Virus record (IMG/VR): IMGVR_UViG_3300025012_000026
Span: 62,001 to 126,000 of that record
Length of the DNA stretch: 64,000 nucleotides
Reading direction: 5' to 3' (one strand)
Below are positions 20,074 to 29,305 of this stretch, piece by piece. The number at the start of each line of letters is the position of its first letter. Position 1 is the stretch's first letter. The notes beneath the pieces were generated by a model. The model did no database searches and was not told the DNA's origin. It saw only the letters and a program-made list of their open reading frames with translations. The position numbers and the translations under genes were made by a program.

Positions 20074-20748
20074 ATGATTATTTTGGATGATAATAAAATA
20101 CAATTCACTGTACAAAGACAAAAACACATTATTGGGAGTAAATTATTTCCTGTTTCATCAAAAAGTAAATTACAAGTATTTAACTCTGAATATACAGAAG
20201 AATTAGATAAAAACGATCCTAAAATACTTCAATTTACTAAACTTGTTGATCAATGTAAATTTGAAATGGGCCATGCTTATACTAGTTCTGATATTATTCT
20301 TCAGATTGCAAATGCGATAAATTTAGAAGCAAAATTCTTTTCGGGTTGGTTAATTTATCCTTTTAGCAATACATTTCCTAGTCATCACGCATGGACAGTA
20401 ATTAATGGTAATAGCGTTGTAGATGTAATGCAATTCCCTGAAGAAATTGATATAATGATGAAAACTGATATGACTGATCCTGATTTTAAGAGGAAACTTG
20501 CCATTAAATTAGTTGAGATAAGGAAGAAAGAAAAACCTCTTTCTGAATCATGTTTCTTCGGTAAAATTAATTATGATTGGGTTTATTATGTCGGTAGTCC
20601 AGATACTTCTGAAAATGCAAAAAGGATATTTAGGGAATTAATTTCAAAATACCCTAATCATCCTGCTTATATTCGTAAAGGGGTAAGAGAGTCAAATGGC
20701 AGAACTGAATTGCAGAATTTAATTAACGAGGAAATGGAGAGTGATTAA
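20074..20748 (+). CDS. Hypothetical protein (HHAW motif, transglutaminase-like?)
   Basis: TTGACT-17-TATAAT promoter; HHAWTVING...VD. Confidence 0.55.
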   Translation: MIILDDNKIQFTVQRQKHIIGSKLFPVSSKSKLQVFNSEYTEELDKNDPKILQFTKLVDQCKFEMGHAYTSSDIILQIANAINLEAKFFSGWLIYPFSNTFPSHHAWTVINGNSVVDVMQFPEEIDIMMKTDMTDPDFKRKLAIKLVEIRKKEKPLSESCFFGKINYDWVYYVGSPDTSENAKRIFRELISKYPNHPAYIRKGVRESNGRTELQNLINEEMESD

Positions 20749-20750
20749 AT

Positions 20751-21050
20751 ATGTTAAATGATATTATTTCCAAAGTATTAAACAAGTTTTTAGATGGAAA
20801 TATCGAGAGTATAGATTGTTATTCTAGGGGAAATTGTAGGTTTGATTTAATTACACAAAACAAAATTTCATACAAAGATTTTGTTAAGAAAACGAAGAAT
20901 ATTATATCAGAAAATGATATTTCTAGTTATGATGAAGAAGATTCTGAGTATCTTGAAGTCACTATTGAATTAACTGAAGATTTTATAAACAAAATTATTA
21001 ATCATATAAAATGTGATTGCATGAATGAATTTGAGGAAATGAAAAAGTAA
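20751..21050 (+). CDS. Hypothetical protein
   Basis: ORF with RBS in operon. Confidence 0.6.
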   Translation: MLNDIISKVLNKFLDGNIESIDCYSRGNCRFDLITQNKISYKDFVKKTKNIISENDISSYDEEDSEYLEVTIELTEDFINKIINHIKCDCMNEFEEMKK

Positions 21051-21073
21051 CTAGAGAAAAGAGGATAAAACAG

Positions 21074-21457
21074 ATGAAATCTAATGTCATTAATATCAAT
21101 CGTTCTAAAATTGGCAAATGCTATGAATTAAGTTTGCAATATATACTCGCTAACCCTAATTGGAAATTAATTCATGGATATATCTCAAACCAACAACCAC
21201 CGAACCAAACTATTGATCATGCTTGGTGTATTAATGGTGATAAAATTCATGATGAAATATTTGAGAAGGATTTTCATACAGATTTGTATACTGCTTTATT
21301 TGCTCCAAAGATTGTCAAGAAGTATAAATTCAATGAAATGATAGAGAAAATGAATGAGTTTGAAACTTATGGGCCTTGGCATGATGTAGATGAGTTTAAT
21401 GGAGATTATTATGATGAGCATGGGGATTTAAGGGATGAATATAAAGGGAAGAAGTGA
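21074..21457 (+). CDS. Hypothetical protein (C...HG...HAW...D transglutaminase-like)
   Basis: GKCYE, LIHG, DHAWC, IHD. Confidence 0.55.
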   Translation: MKSNVININRSKIGKCYELSLQYILANPNWKLIHGYISNQQPPNQTIDHAWCINGDKIHDEIFEKDFHTDLYTALFAPKIVKKYKFNEMIEKMNEFETYGPWHDVDEFNGDYYDEHGDLRDEYKGKK

Positions 21458-21966
21458 TAATAATGGCAAAAGCAAAGGTAAAACTTATTATGACCGCAAT
21501 ATTAGAGGTTGAAATTGATCCGGCTAAAATATTTGATCTTGATGAATTCCCAGAAGATAATCAACCAATGATTGAAGATGCAATAAAGAGTGTAATTGAA
21601 GGATATCTTGATACACCCCTTTATTTTATAAAGGATGAGAATACTGAAATTGGAATTAAACATGAGGTATTAGAATACAAATTACCGATTCAAGAGTATA
21701 AAGGGAATAATAAGGTAAAAATAGATTATTCTAATGATAACTATATTATTAAGAACAAATCGGTTAAATTTATTAAAGGAATATTTAAAGATGAAATTGG
21801 TGTATTTAAACGAATAATTAAAAATACGGGCGGTGGTATATATTTATGCGAAATTTATGTTGTAGAAGAATTAGAACAATACAAGTCAGATTATTTTGTA
21901 TTTGTTGATAACAATGTTCAAAAACTGTGGGAAGATAAGTCAAATGATTTTGTAGCAGAAGAGTGA
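21454..21966 (+). CDS. Hypothetical protein
   Basis: ORF overlapping the upstream stop. Confidence 0.55.
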   Translation: MIIMAKAKVKLIMTAILEVEIDPAKIFDLDEFPEDNQPMIEDAIKSVIEGYLDTPLYFIKDENTEIGIKHEVLEYKLPIQEYKGNNKVKIDYSNDNYIIKNKSVKFIKGIFKDEIGVFKRIIKNTGGGIYLCEIYVVEELEQYKSDYFVFVDNNVQKLWEDKSNDFVAEE

Positions 21967-22019
21967 TTAAATATATACTCCTGTTGAGCCTAATATAATA
22001 TCAGAAGGAGAAGTGAAGA

Positions 22020-22181
22020 ATGCAACAAACAGAAAAAGACAATAAATTTTTTGAGGAAATGATTTGTAAAGGATTCTTCGATAAATTACACAATATGAAA
22101 TTAATTACCGACTCTGAACACAAAAATTGTATCAGTGGGTATGATGAGTTTTATAAGGATAAGGATGCAGAACTTAAATAA
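22020..22181 (+). CDS. 53-aa hypothetical protein
   Basis: AAGGAG RBS; followed by a hairpin. Confidence 0.55.
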   Translation: MQQTEKDNKFFEEMICKGFFDKLHNMKLITDSEHKNCISGYDEFYKDKDAELK

Positions 22182-22394
22182 GGGAAGTAAAAATCCCTTT
22201 TCTCTTTCTATCTTATCATAAATATAAAAATAAAATTTATACTTGACAACATTATTTGCTAGTGGTATGATGAGAGAGTAGAAAGTGAGGTGAGGAAATA
22301 TATGATTGTATTAACAAATATCAATACATAAATTATTAAGTTCACAATCTCCATAAAGTAAAAAATAAAATAATGAAAGTAGGTTAATTTATAA

Positions 22395-22919
22395 ATGTTT
22401 AATGTAAAAGAAATTAAAACTGGCAATGTCTTTGAGGTTTTTCAAGTGTTCGATTATACATATCTAAATAAAAATCAATTTGTATTTTTAATGTATGATT
22501 ATAGTATCAATGAATGGGCTATGTCAGATAGTAAGTATTTTGAGCCACTTACAGATATAAGCAAAGCTATTACAGAAGAAAAATCTGGTTTTGTGAAAGG
22601 TCTATTTAGTGGATTTAAAGGATTATCTACTGAGAGTGTAATGGAAAGATTAAGTGAGTCATGGGAATCTATACCACAATGTATTAAAGAAAATATTTGT
22701 TTGTCTCTTGGCAGCAAGGGGAACAGTGAAAAACTTATGGTTGTTTTGGATGAGTTTTCTAAACAAAACAAATTGTATATAGAAAAAGAAGAAGAACGTA
22801 AACGATTAGAAGACTTGTTAAAATCTAAACAAGATGAGCATAGTAAGAAAATTTCTATTTTACAGGAAGAGTTTAATAACGCTGAAAAATTAATTAATGA
22901 AAAGTTAAAAGGATTGTAA
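22395..22919 (+). CDS. Hypothetical protein
   Basis: ORF; upstream TTGACA promoter. Confidence 0.6.
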   Translation: MFNVKEIKTGNVFEVFQVFDYTYLNKNQFVFLMYDYSINEWAMSDSKYFEPLTDISKAITEEKSGFVKGLFSGFKGLSTESVMERLSESWESIPQCIKENICLSLGSKGNSEKLMVVLDEFSKQNKLYIEKEEERKRLEDLLKSKQDEHSKKISILQEEFNNAEKLINEKLKGL

Positions 22920-22979
22920 GATTAAACCCATAGCAGAGGGGTTTATACTCTGCTTAATAATTACAAAGGTTGTGATTAT

Positions 22980-23486
22980 ATGCTATATATAATTGGTTAT
23001 TTTGATGGAAGCGTTAAAAATGAAAAAGCCATAGGTGTTTGGACTTATAGTTTATATGAAAAATTAAATAAACAATCTCCAAGGACTAAAATAAAAACTG
23101 AGAGAGGTTGGGATTATTGTTTTTACGCAAATAGCATACAAGCCGAATTTATTGGGTTAATTGGTTTATTAGATAAATTAAAGCAATATTTCGAGATTGG
23201 TTTTATTAATTTTTTATTAATTAATGGAGATTGCGAGAGTATTATCAATCAAATTAAATACAAAAAATCAACTGACAACGAAATACTTAAAGACTATTTA
23301 TTATTAGCAAAAGAATTGGTATCTATGTGTGAAGTTCCTATTGATCTTCAATGGATTCCTAGAAGCAAGAATAAATCTGCGGATAAATTGTGCAAAATGG
23401 TATGGGAAGATTTGAAGAATAAAATGAGGAATACTAAAAATATATTTGGAAGTAATCAACCAGAAAATATTTTAGAATTTATTTAG
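22980..23486 (+). CDS. Ribonuclease HI-like protein
   Basis: YFDGS...QAEF...GDCESIINQ...WIPRSKNKSADKL. Confidence 0.85.
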   Translation: MLYIIGYFDGSVKNEKAIGVWTYSLYEKLNKQSPRTKIKTERGWDYCFYANSIQAEFIGLIGLLDKLKQYFEIGFINFLLINGDCESIINQIKYKKSTDNEILKDYLLLAKELVSMCEVPIDLQWIPRSKNKSADKLCKMVWEDLKNKMRNTKNIFGSNQPENILEFI

Positions 23487-23589
23487 TTTTTTGTTAGTGA
23501 ATTGTTAGAGCAATAAATAAATTAAACAGGTGAGAACTTGCAAGTTTTAATTGGTAGCTACCCTCCCTGATCAGGAGGAGAGAAAGAAA

Positions 23590-24717
23590 TTGGAAAACAA
23601 TATATATTATGTTTATGAATATATACGACTAGACACAAATGAGCCATTTTATGTAGGAAAAGGCTGTAAGAATAGATGGTGTAACACCAAACAGAGAAAT
23701 AAATATTTTAAAAACATAATTAGTAAAATTCCAGTAGCAGTACATATTTTACATGAAAATTTATCCGAAATTGAAGCATTTGAATATGAATGTTGGTATA
23801 TCAATGAATACAAATATAATATGAGTTATGATTTAACCAATATTATCGATGGTGGAGAAGGAGGGGATACAAGATCAGGAAACTCAGAAGAAAACATCAA
23901 ACTAAATAAAAAGCAAAGTATTTCCAGCAGAGGAATGAACGCTATATTGAATGAGGAAAAAGTCAAAAAAATAAAGATAGAAATATTAAATAATATAGAT
24001 ATGCACTATATAGCTAAAAAATACAGTGTAAACTATACCACTATTTGTAAAATTAAAACATGTAAAAATTGGGAATGGGTATGTAGTGAGTTAAATAATA
24101 AATTATTAACTATGAATAAAGATCAAGATGATAAAATAATTGATTATTATTACAGCAACCCACATTTATCAATGGTTCAGATTGGTTTAGATTTAAATAC
24201 AGCATATGGAAGAGTTCGGAAATTAATAAGTGATAAAATAAAATTAGAATCAAGGAATATTATAGGCGTAAACCTAAAGAACCAACTTTATAAGAGTAGA
24301 ATTACAATAAAAGGAAAGGAGATTCATCTTGGTCATTACAGAGAATTAAAATATGCAGAAAAGGTTAGATTAATTGCCGAAATAGTATATTTAAAAGATA
24401 AATCTCCGCAGAAACACAAGTTAAAAAAATACGACTTAGACTTTAAAGATATTGATATAAATACTTTAAATGAATTTATCAATAAATATTCAACTAAATC
24501 AACCGTTAAAATTATTTGTTTGACTACAGGAGTTATTTTTAATAGTTTCAAAGAAGCCGAAAATTTCTATAGAATCAATAATTTTAGCAAGAATGGTTAT
24601 TTGTGTTTAACAGGGAAGAGAAAAACTTTTGGCAAGCATCCAATTACAGGTGAACCTCTAAAATGGCAATACTACGATGAATACATAAAATCAAACCAAC
24701 TCCCAACCGCAATATAA
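23590..24717 (+). CDS. GIY-YIG homing endonuclease with AP2-like/NUMOD1 C-terminal domains
   Basis: YVYEY...PFYVGKG...R...E...LTN; HLGHY; IICLTTGVIFNS; TTG start after AGGAGG. Confidence 0.85.
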   Translation: MENNIYYVYEYIRLDTNEPFYVGKGCKNRWCNTKQRNKYFKNIISKIPVAVHILHENLSEIEAFEYECWYINEYKYNMSYDLTNIIDGGEGGDTRSGNSEENIKLNKKQSISSRGMNAILNEEKVKKIKIEILNNIDMHYIAKKYSVNYTTICKIKTCKNWEWVCSELNNKLLTMNKDQDDKIIDYYYSNPHLSMVQIGLDLNTAYGRVRKLISDKIKLESRNIIGVNLKNQLYKSRITIKGKEIHLGHYRELKYAEKVRLIAEIVYLKDKSPQKHKLKKYDLDFKDIDINTLNEFINKYSTKSTVKIICLTTGVIFNSFKEAENFYRINNFSKNGYLCLTGKRKTFGKHPITGEPLKWQYYDEYIKSNQLPTAI

Positions 24718-24754
24718 CTATATAACTATATTTATATATAGTTATATAGTTATA
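24713..24754. repeat. 19-bp perfect AT-rich inverted repeat built of TATAACTA units
   Basis: TATAACTATATAACTATAT-ttat-ATATAGTTATATAGTTATA. Confidence 0.8.
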
Positions 24755-24795
24755 AATATAAATAAATAATTTAATATACTTAAAGGAGTGATAAA

Positions 24796-25008
24796 ATGAA
24801 TAAAAATTGGACAGAAGAAGATATTATTAAAGCAAGAGAAATGTTAGACAAAGCTATAAAAGAGAAAGATTATTTATATTATCCGGAAAATTCAGATAGA
24901 TGTATTTTAGATAAATTTAAGATAAGGAGTCAACAGTGGTACAACCAATTTCACTCCAAACTGCAATATAACCAAATAAATAAATATAAAGGAGAATTAA
25001 CATGGTAG
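24796..25008 (+). CDS. Hypothetical protein
   Basis: AAGGAG RBS. Confidence 0.55.
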   Translation: MNKNWTEEDIIKAREMLDKAIKEKDYLYYPENSDRCILDKFKIRSQQWYNQFHSKLQYNQINKYKGELTW

Positions 25009-25325
25009 CAATAAGAAGGGTATACATAGACATTGATTGGACAAAAATGCAAACTTTACATAAGAAAATAACCTCTTCTCATATTGATTGTATGAAAACA
25101 AAATGGAGTCCTTTTAGAGATGAATGGAAGCAAGGTTTTGATAGTGATTGTTGTTGTGGTCATTGTACTAATACTGAGCATTGTTTTGAAGCATTTAGGG
25201 ATAAAAGATGTCATCTAGAAAATCATTTTAAACCTATAATCGTTGAGTTTGAGAAGAAATCATGTTGGGACGATGAAGAGGTAAATATATTTAATATAAT
25301 ATCGTTGAAAGGAGGTGAACACTAA
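25002..25325 (+). CDS. Cys-rich hypothetical protein
   Basis: CCCGHC...HC; AAGGAG RBS. Confidence 0.55.
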   Translation: MVAIRRVYIDIDWTKMQTLHKKITSSHIDCMKTKWSPFRDEWKQGFDSDCCCGHCTNTEHCFEAFRDKRCHLENHFKPIIVEFEKKSCWDDEEVNIFNIISLKGGEH

Positions 25326-25486
25326 TGACAGAATTAGAACATAAAGAACTAGTAGAAAGTCTAAATCAAATGATGGTAGAGATTATAAAAGTCAAAGAAT
25401 TACAAAAAGTCCTTGTAGGTATATCTGGGATAGATATTAATCAAGAAGATTGGAAGAATTATTAATATTTTAGGAGGTGATATAAA

Positions 25487-25684
25487 ATGGAAATAACAAC
25501 TATGACTCTAGAAGAAGCAGAAAAGATTGGTTACGTTGCAAAAATCAAAGAACTCTACTGTGAATTAAAATCAGTTTGGCCTACATTTTCAGAAAAAACT
25601 AGAGACAATTTGACAATGTTGCTTGGTGGTTTGAAGGATAAAAGTGAAGTTATGGCTTTGATGGGTAAGGAAGATGATAGGTAA
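25487..25684 (+). CDS. Hypothetical protein
   Basis: AGGAGG RBS. Confidence 0.55.
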   Translation: MEITTMTLEEAEKIGYVAKIKELYCELKSVWPTFSEKTRDNLTMLLGGLKDKSEVMALMGKEDDR

Positions 25685-25776
25685 AAGAGTAATGGTAACA
25701 CTCTCTGGGAAATAATTTATGTAGTTAGAGTAAATAAAAAATAAATGGGTGATGGCCGACATTAAGGAGAAAAAAT

Positions 25777-26412
25777 ATGATTTATTTATTAGATGGTTTA
25801 GAATTTAATGTTAGTAATATAGTGGAGTTTCTAGACTCTTATCAAAACAAAATTACCTCTTATAATGGATTTAATATGCAACAAATAATTCTTGATAAGT
25901 TACTCGAAGGAATAAAAACAAATCAATTAATACATACACAATGGTTAAGAGGGATTGGCAAAACTCATACATTAATTGCGTTAGCAAAAGAAGCAGATTG
26001 TATTGTATTAGAACCAAATGTAGCTGTGGCATCTGCTATAGCAAAAAGGGAAAATTATTCAAAAGTATACCCTGCATCCATTGATTTTCTGAGAGGTAAT
26101 ACTTTAAGTAATTATGGCTATAGGTACAGCAAAGATAATCCTTTGGAAGTTGTTGTGGACGAAGGAGTAACAAATATTAAAGCTATTGAAGATATTGGAT
26201 TTAAAGTAGTTACTGGATTTTATACTCCTAAGAAAGAAGATGAAATTTCATTTAATGATAAAGTAACGAGAACTCTTATGAATGAAATTGAAGCTCTTAC
26301 TCCTAAGTTAGAATTAACAAGGGAAAGTAAAGATTATGGAACATATAAGAATTTAATTAATGCTTATAGAGAGGTGTTAAATCTTATGAGATATTTTCCA
26401 GATAATCATTAA
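25777..26412 (+). CDS. P-loop-like protein
   Basis: WLRGIGKT and VVVDEG Walker-like motifs. Confidence 0.55.
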   Translation: MIYLLDGLEFNVSNIVEFLDSYQNKITSYNGFNMQQIILDKLLEGIKTNQLIHTQWLRGIGKTHTLIALAKEADCIVLEPNVAVASAIAKRENYSKVYPASIDFLRGNTLSNYGYRYSKDNPLEVVVDEGVTNIKAIEDIGFKVVTGFYTPKKEDEISFNDKVTRTLMNEIEALTPKLELTRESKDYGTYKNLINAYREVLNLMRYFPDNH

Positions 26413-26425
26413 ATAATAGCAAACA

Positions 26426-26463
26426 AATACTCCCAACCGCTTTTGGTGGTTAGGAGTATTTTA
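26426..26463. terminator. Bidirectional terminator at the strand switch
   Basis: AATACTCCCAACCGC/GGTGGTTAGGAGTATT between convergent genes. Confidence 0.65.
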
Positions 26464-26472
26464 ATATAATAG

Positions 26473-26721
26473 TTATTTAAGTTTATCTAATTCGTCTAAA
26501 TCAATAATAACTTCCTTAAAAAACATAAGATATCCACATTCAGTACAAATGTAAGTAATAGTTGGGAATGGGCCAGAAATACCAATTGCATCAAATTCCA
26601 TTCTTGCATTCATACCAAAAGTTTTTACTTTTTTAGATTGGCATATTGGACAGGTTTTAGATTGATTAGATATGGTTTGTTTGTTGATAGTGCGTAGATT
26701 TTCTTGTGTAGAATCTTCCAT
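26473..26721 (-). CDS. Small zinc-ribbon protein
   Basis: CPIC...CTECGY. Confidence 0.6.
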   Translation of the reverse strand: MEDSTQENLRTINKQTISNQSKTCPICQSKKVKTFGMNARMEFDAIGISGPFPTITYICTECGYLMFFKEVIIDLDELDKLK

Positions 26722-26798
26722 ATTATGATTACCTCCCTATGTTTGATGATTATATTTGGTTAATTTAGCATGTCCATTTTGTTGGATTAATAATTACT

Positions 26799-27608
26799 CT
26801 ATTTAAATCTAATCTCTTTAACATCAATTAAACAATCTGGATCTATAATAATTTCACTCTCTCCTCTTTTATCAATATAAGCAAGAATATCTTCAATTTT
26901 AATCATTGCTTCATATAACTCTCCCCTATATTTATTGAACCTTGTAGCAAAGAATTTAGCTTTTTCTTTATCAATTGTCCAAGAAAAAGCTTTTTGATAA
27001 GGTGTAGATTTAGTATTTTGTCCTCGATATATTTTGACCAATCCATTAACATCTGGTTTAATATTTTCATTTAAATTTTCTTTAGGTTTGTATTTGAAAA
27101 TATTAAGAAAGAAGTCTTTGTTAAGGTTTGAGAAACCATACTCAGAACGGCTGTAGATGTCCTCAAAGCAATCGTATTTCTGTTCATCAGGTATATCATC
27201 AAATGATTGAATATAGAAGTCTAGAGCAATTTTCTTTTCAATAAGGAAAAATAATTTGTTGTATTGCTTTTTAGAGATATAATTATTCATACTTTCTTCA
27301 ATTTTTTCAATTCTCTGTTTAGTATGCCAACTAGTCAATGATTCTATATTGAATACACCTATATCTACCATGACAGGGCCAGAGATGTAGGTAAAAGGTG
27401 TTAGAAAATTATCAGTAAAGTAGAAGTTAGATATTGGTTTATCAAGGTATTGTACGGCTTCTAGTATGGTTTGATAAGGTGGTATTTCATATTCAGTTTC
27501 TTCCATTATTTTGATTCTAAATTGATTATCTGAGAAGAGTGATGCAGGGATTAATGAATTTTTGTTTAGGTTTCCATGAGATAGTTTGAATATGTCGCTT
27601 ATGTTCAT
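26799..27608 (-). CDS. Hypothetical protein (IYRG...FSWT...A.FFA.RF...ESEI)
   Basis: R-S-E arrangement reminiscent of an ADP-ribosyltransferase fold (weak). Confidence 0.5.
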   Translation of the reverse strand: MNISDIFKLSHGNLNKNSLIPASLFSDNQFRIKIMEETEYEIPPYQTILEAVQYLDKPISNFYFTDNFLTPFTYISGPVMVDIGVFNIESLTSWHTKQRIEKIEESMNNYISKKQYNKLFFLIEKKIALDFYIQSFDDIPDEQKYDCFEDIYSRSEYGFSNLNKDFFLNIFKYKPKENLNENIKPDVNGLVKIYRGQNTKSTPYQKAFSWTIDKEKAKFFATRFNKYRGELYEAMIKIEDILAYIDKRGESEIIIDPDCLIDVKEIRFK

Positions 27609-27641
27609 ATTGTTAACTCCTTTGTGTTTATAATGTTTATT

Positions 27642-28691
27642 CTATTTTAATAAGTCGAAATCCATTATTGTTTTCTTGAACCGTAGATAAAGTTTTCCAC
27701 ACATCTCATCTGCTTCGATTCCAAATATAGATGAATCAACGCCTAACACCTTAATAATTTCTTTAAATTGTGGCAGATTAATTTTCTTTTTACCTTTTTC
27801 AATATTGTATAATTCATCTAATTTTAGATTGGAATTTTTAGTAAAGTTAGATGTAGATATTTTCTTTAACTTTCTTACTCTTTTAATATTAAATCCCATA
27901 TAATTGCCATTTTTTATAGCTTGATCAATTTCTAATTGGATATAAAAGTTTTTTGTGCTGATTTGTTTTTCTTTTTCGGTTAATGTATCTGGTCGTTTAT
28001 TATGGTGTTGTTTTAGTTGTTTTGGTTTTTGCGTATTTTTATCTATAGTTAATATATCTGTCCGGCTTTTATTTACAGGAGATTTGATTGCGAAGTCCAT
28101 TATACTTGATTTGAATCGTACATACAATTTTCCATAAAGTTCATTTTCTTCAAGATTAAATATAGAATAATCAATATTAAGTGAATCATATATTTTTACA
28201 AATTCTGATAAACAAATTCTAGTTTTACCAGATTCAATTTTAGTTAGTTCATACGATTTTATACCAATGTTTTCAGATAATTTAGCAACACTTATTTTCT
28301 GTATTTTTCGTATTCTTTTTATGTTAGTTCCCATGTAGTTACCTTTTTCTATTGCTTTTTTAGTTTCTATTTGAAGATAAAAATCTTTTGTATTTTTATT
28401 AATGATATTTAATTTTTTAGCATTTTTATCATTAAGTCTTTTTACTTTAATTTTACAACGATAACATAAAGAAGATAAGTTTTTGTATTTAAAAATTTTA
28501 CCACATTTTTCGCATTTATCATATATTGTAACTTCTTCTTTAATATTTTGAGCACGCAATAAACTTTTATCACAGTCGATACATTTTAATGTTGTAGAAT
28601 TTTCTGGTAATGGTTTAGCACATTTGATACATAAATTGTATGCGATTCTAATTTTTTGAATATCATTATAATTTATAAGATTTATGTCCAT
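27642..28691 (-). CDS. Zinc-finger plus tandem XRE HTH regulator
   Basis: CxxC repeats; two GxNIKR.RK...IE.GK units. Confidence 0.75.
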   Translation of the reverse strand: MDINLINYNDIQKIRIAYNLCIKCAKPLPENSTTLKCIDCDKSLLRAQNIKEEVTIYDKCEKCGKIFKYKNLSSLCYRCKIKVKRLNDKNAKKLNIINKNTKDFYLQIETKKAIEKGNYMGTNIKRIRKIQKISVAKLSENIGIKSYELTKIESGKTRICLSEFVKIYDSLNIDYSIFNLEENELYGKLYVRFKSSIMDFAIKSPVNKSRTDILTIDKNTQKPKQLKQHHNKRPDTLTEKEKQISTKNFYIQLEIDQAIKNGNYMGFNIKRVRKLKKISTSNFTKNSNLKLDELYNIEKGKKKINLPQFKEIIKVLGVDSSIFGIEADEMCGKLYLRFKKTIMDFDLLK

Positions 28692-28793
28692 GTGACAACC
28701 TCCATTTCGACAATGATGGTTATATTATAGCATATTTAGTTGTTTTGTTCAAATTTGAGGTAATATGAAATTAATAAAATAATAAAAACAAAC

Positions 28794-28909
28794 AAAAAAG
28801 AAACGAAGATTGGCTGTACACACCAAATTCTTCATTTTAGCAGAGACCTTGAGATAATAAAAGCCATTGAGTTAGTTTGAGCTAGAAGAATGCTGAAAAT
28901 AACTCAATG
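28794..28909 (-). ncRNA. Candidate ~115-nt sRNA or attenuator leader
   Basis: TTTACA-18-TACAAT (with TG) promoter at 28944-28915; 10-bp stem CATTGAGTTA/TAACTCAATG; terminator plus U-run. Confidence 0.45.
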
Positions 28910-29305
28910 TGCTTATTGTAGCATGGATTGGGTTGAGTTGTAAAGGTTAGGGTTTTTGGGATGGATATATTATCCCATAAAAGTATGTTTTTATTTTGTT
29001 TGAAATAATGGTTTTGAAAGTGGCTTATAGCAAGGGTTGTAGAGGTGGTAATTGTTGGGATTTGGGTTATTTGGAGGGATTTTTGAGGTAAATTAGTTAG
29101 AATTTAATATTTTTTATTTTTAAAGAGCTGTTGAGGTTCTTTTTGTTTTGTTTTGTTTGGGTAGAAATTGAAATTGAATTTAATATTGGTTGGATAGGAG
29201 TCAGGCCAGACTTTTATCTGTAAAACGAGGCACTTGAGTTTTCCTTAGAACTTGAGTGTCTTATTCCAATTGTGGCTCTTATTAAGGAAAGGGGATAGAT
29301 TTATT

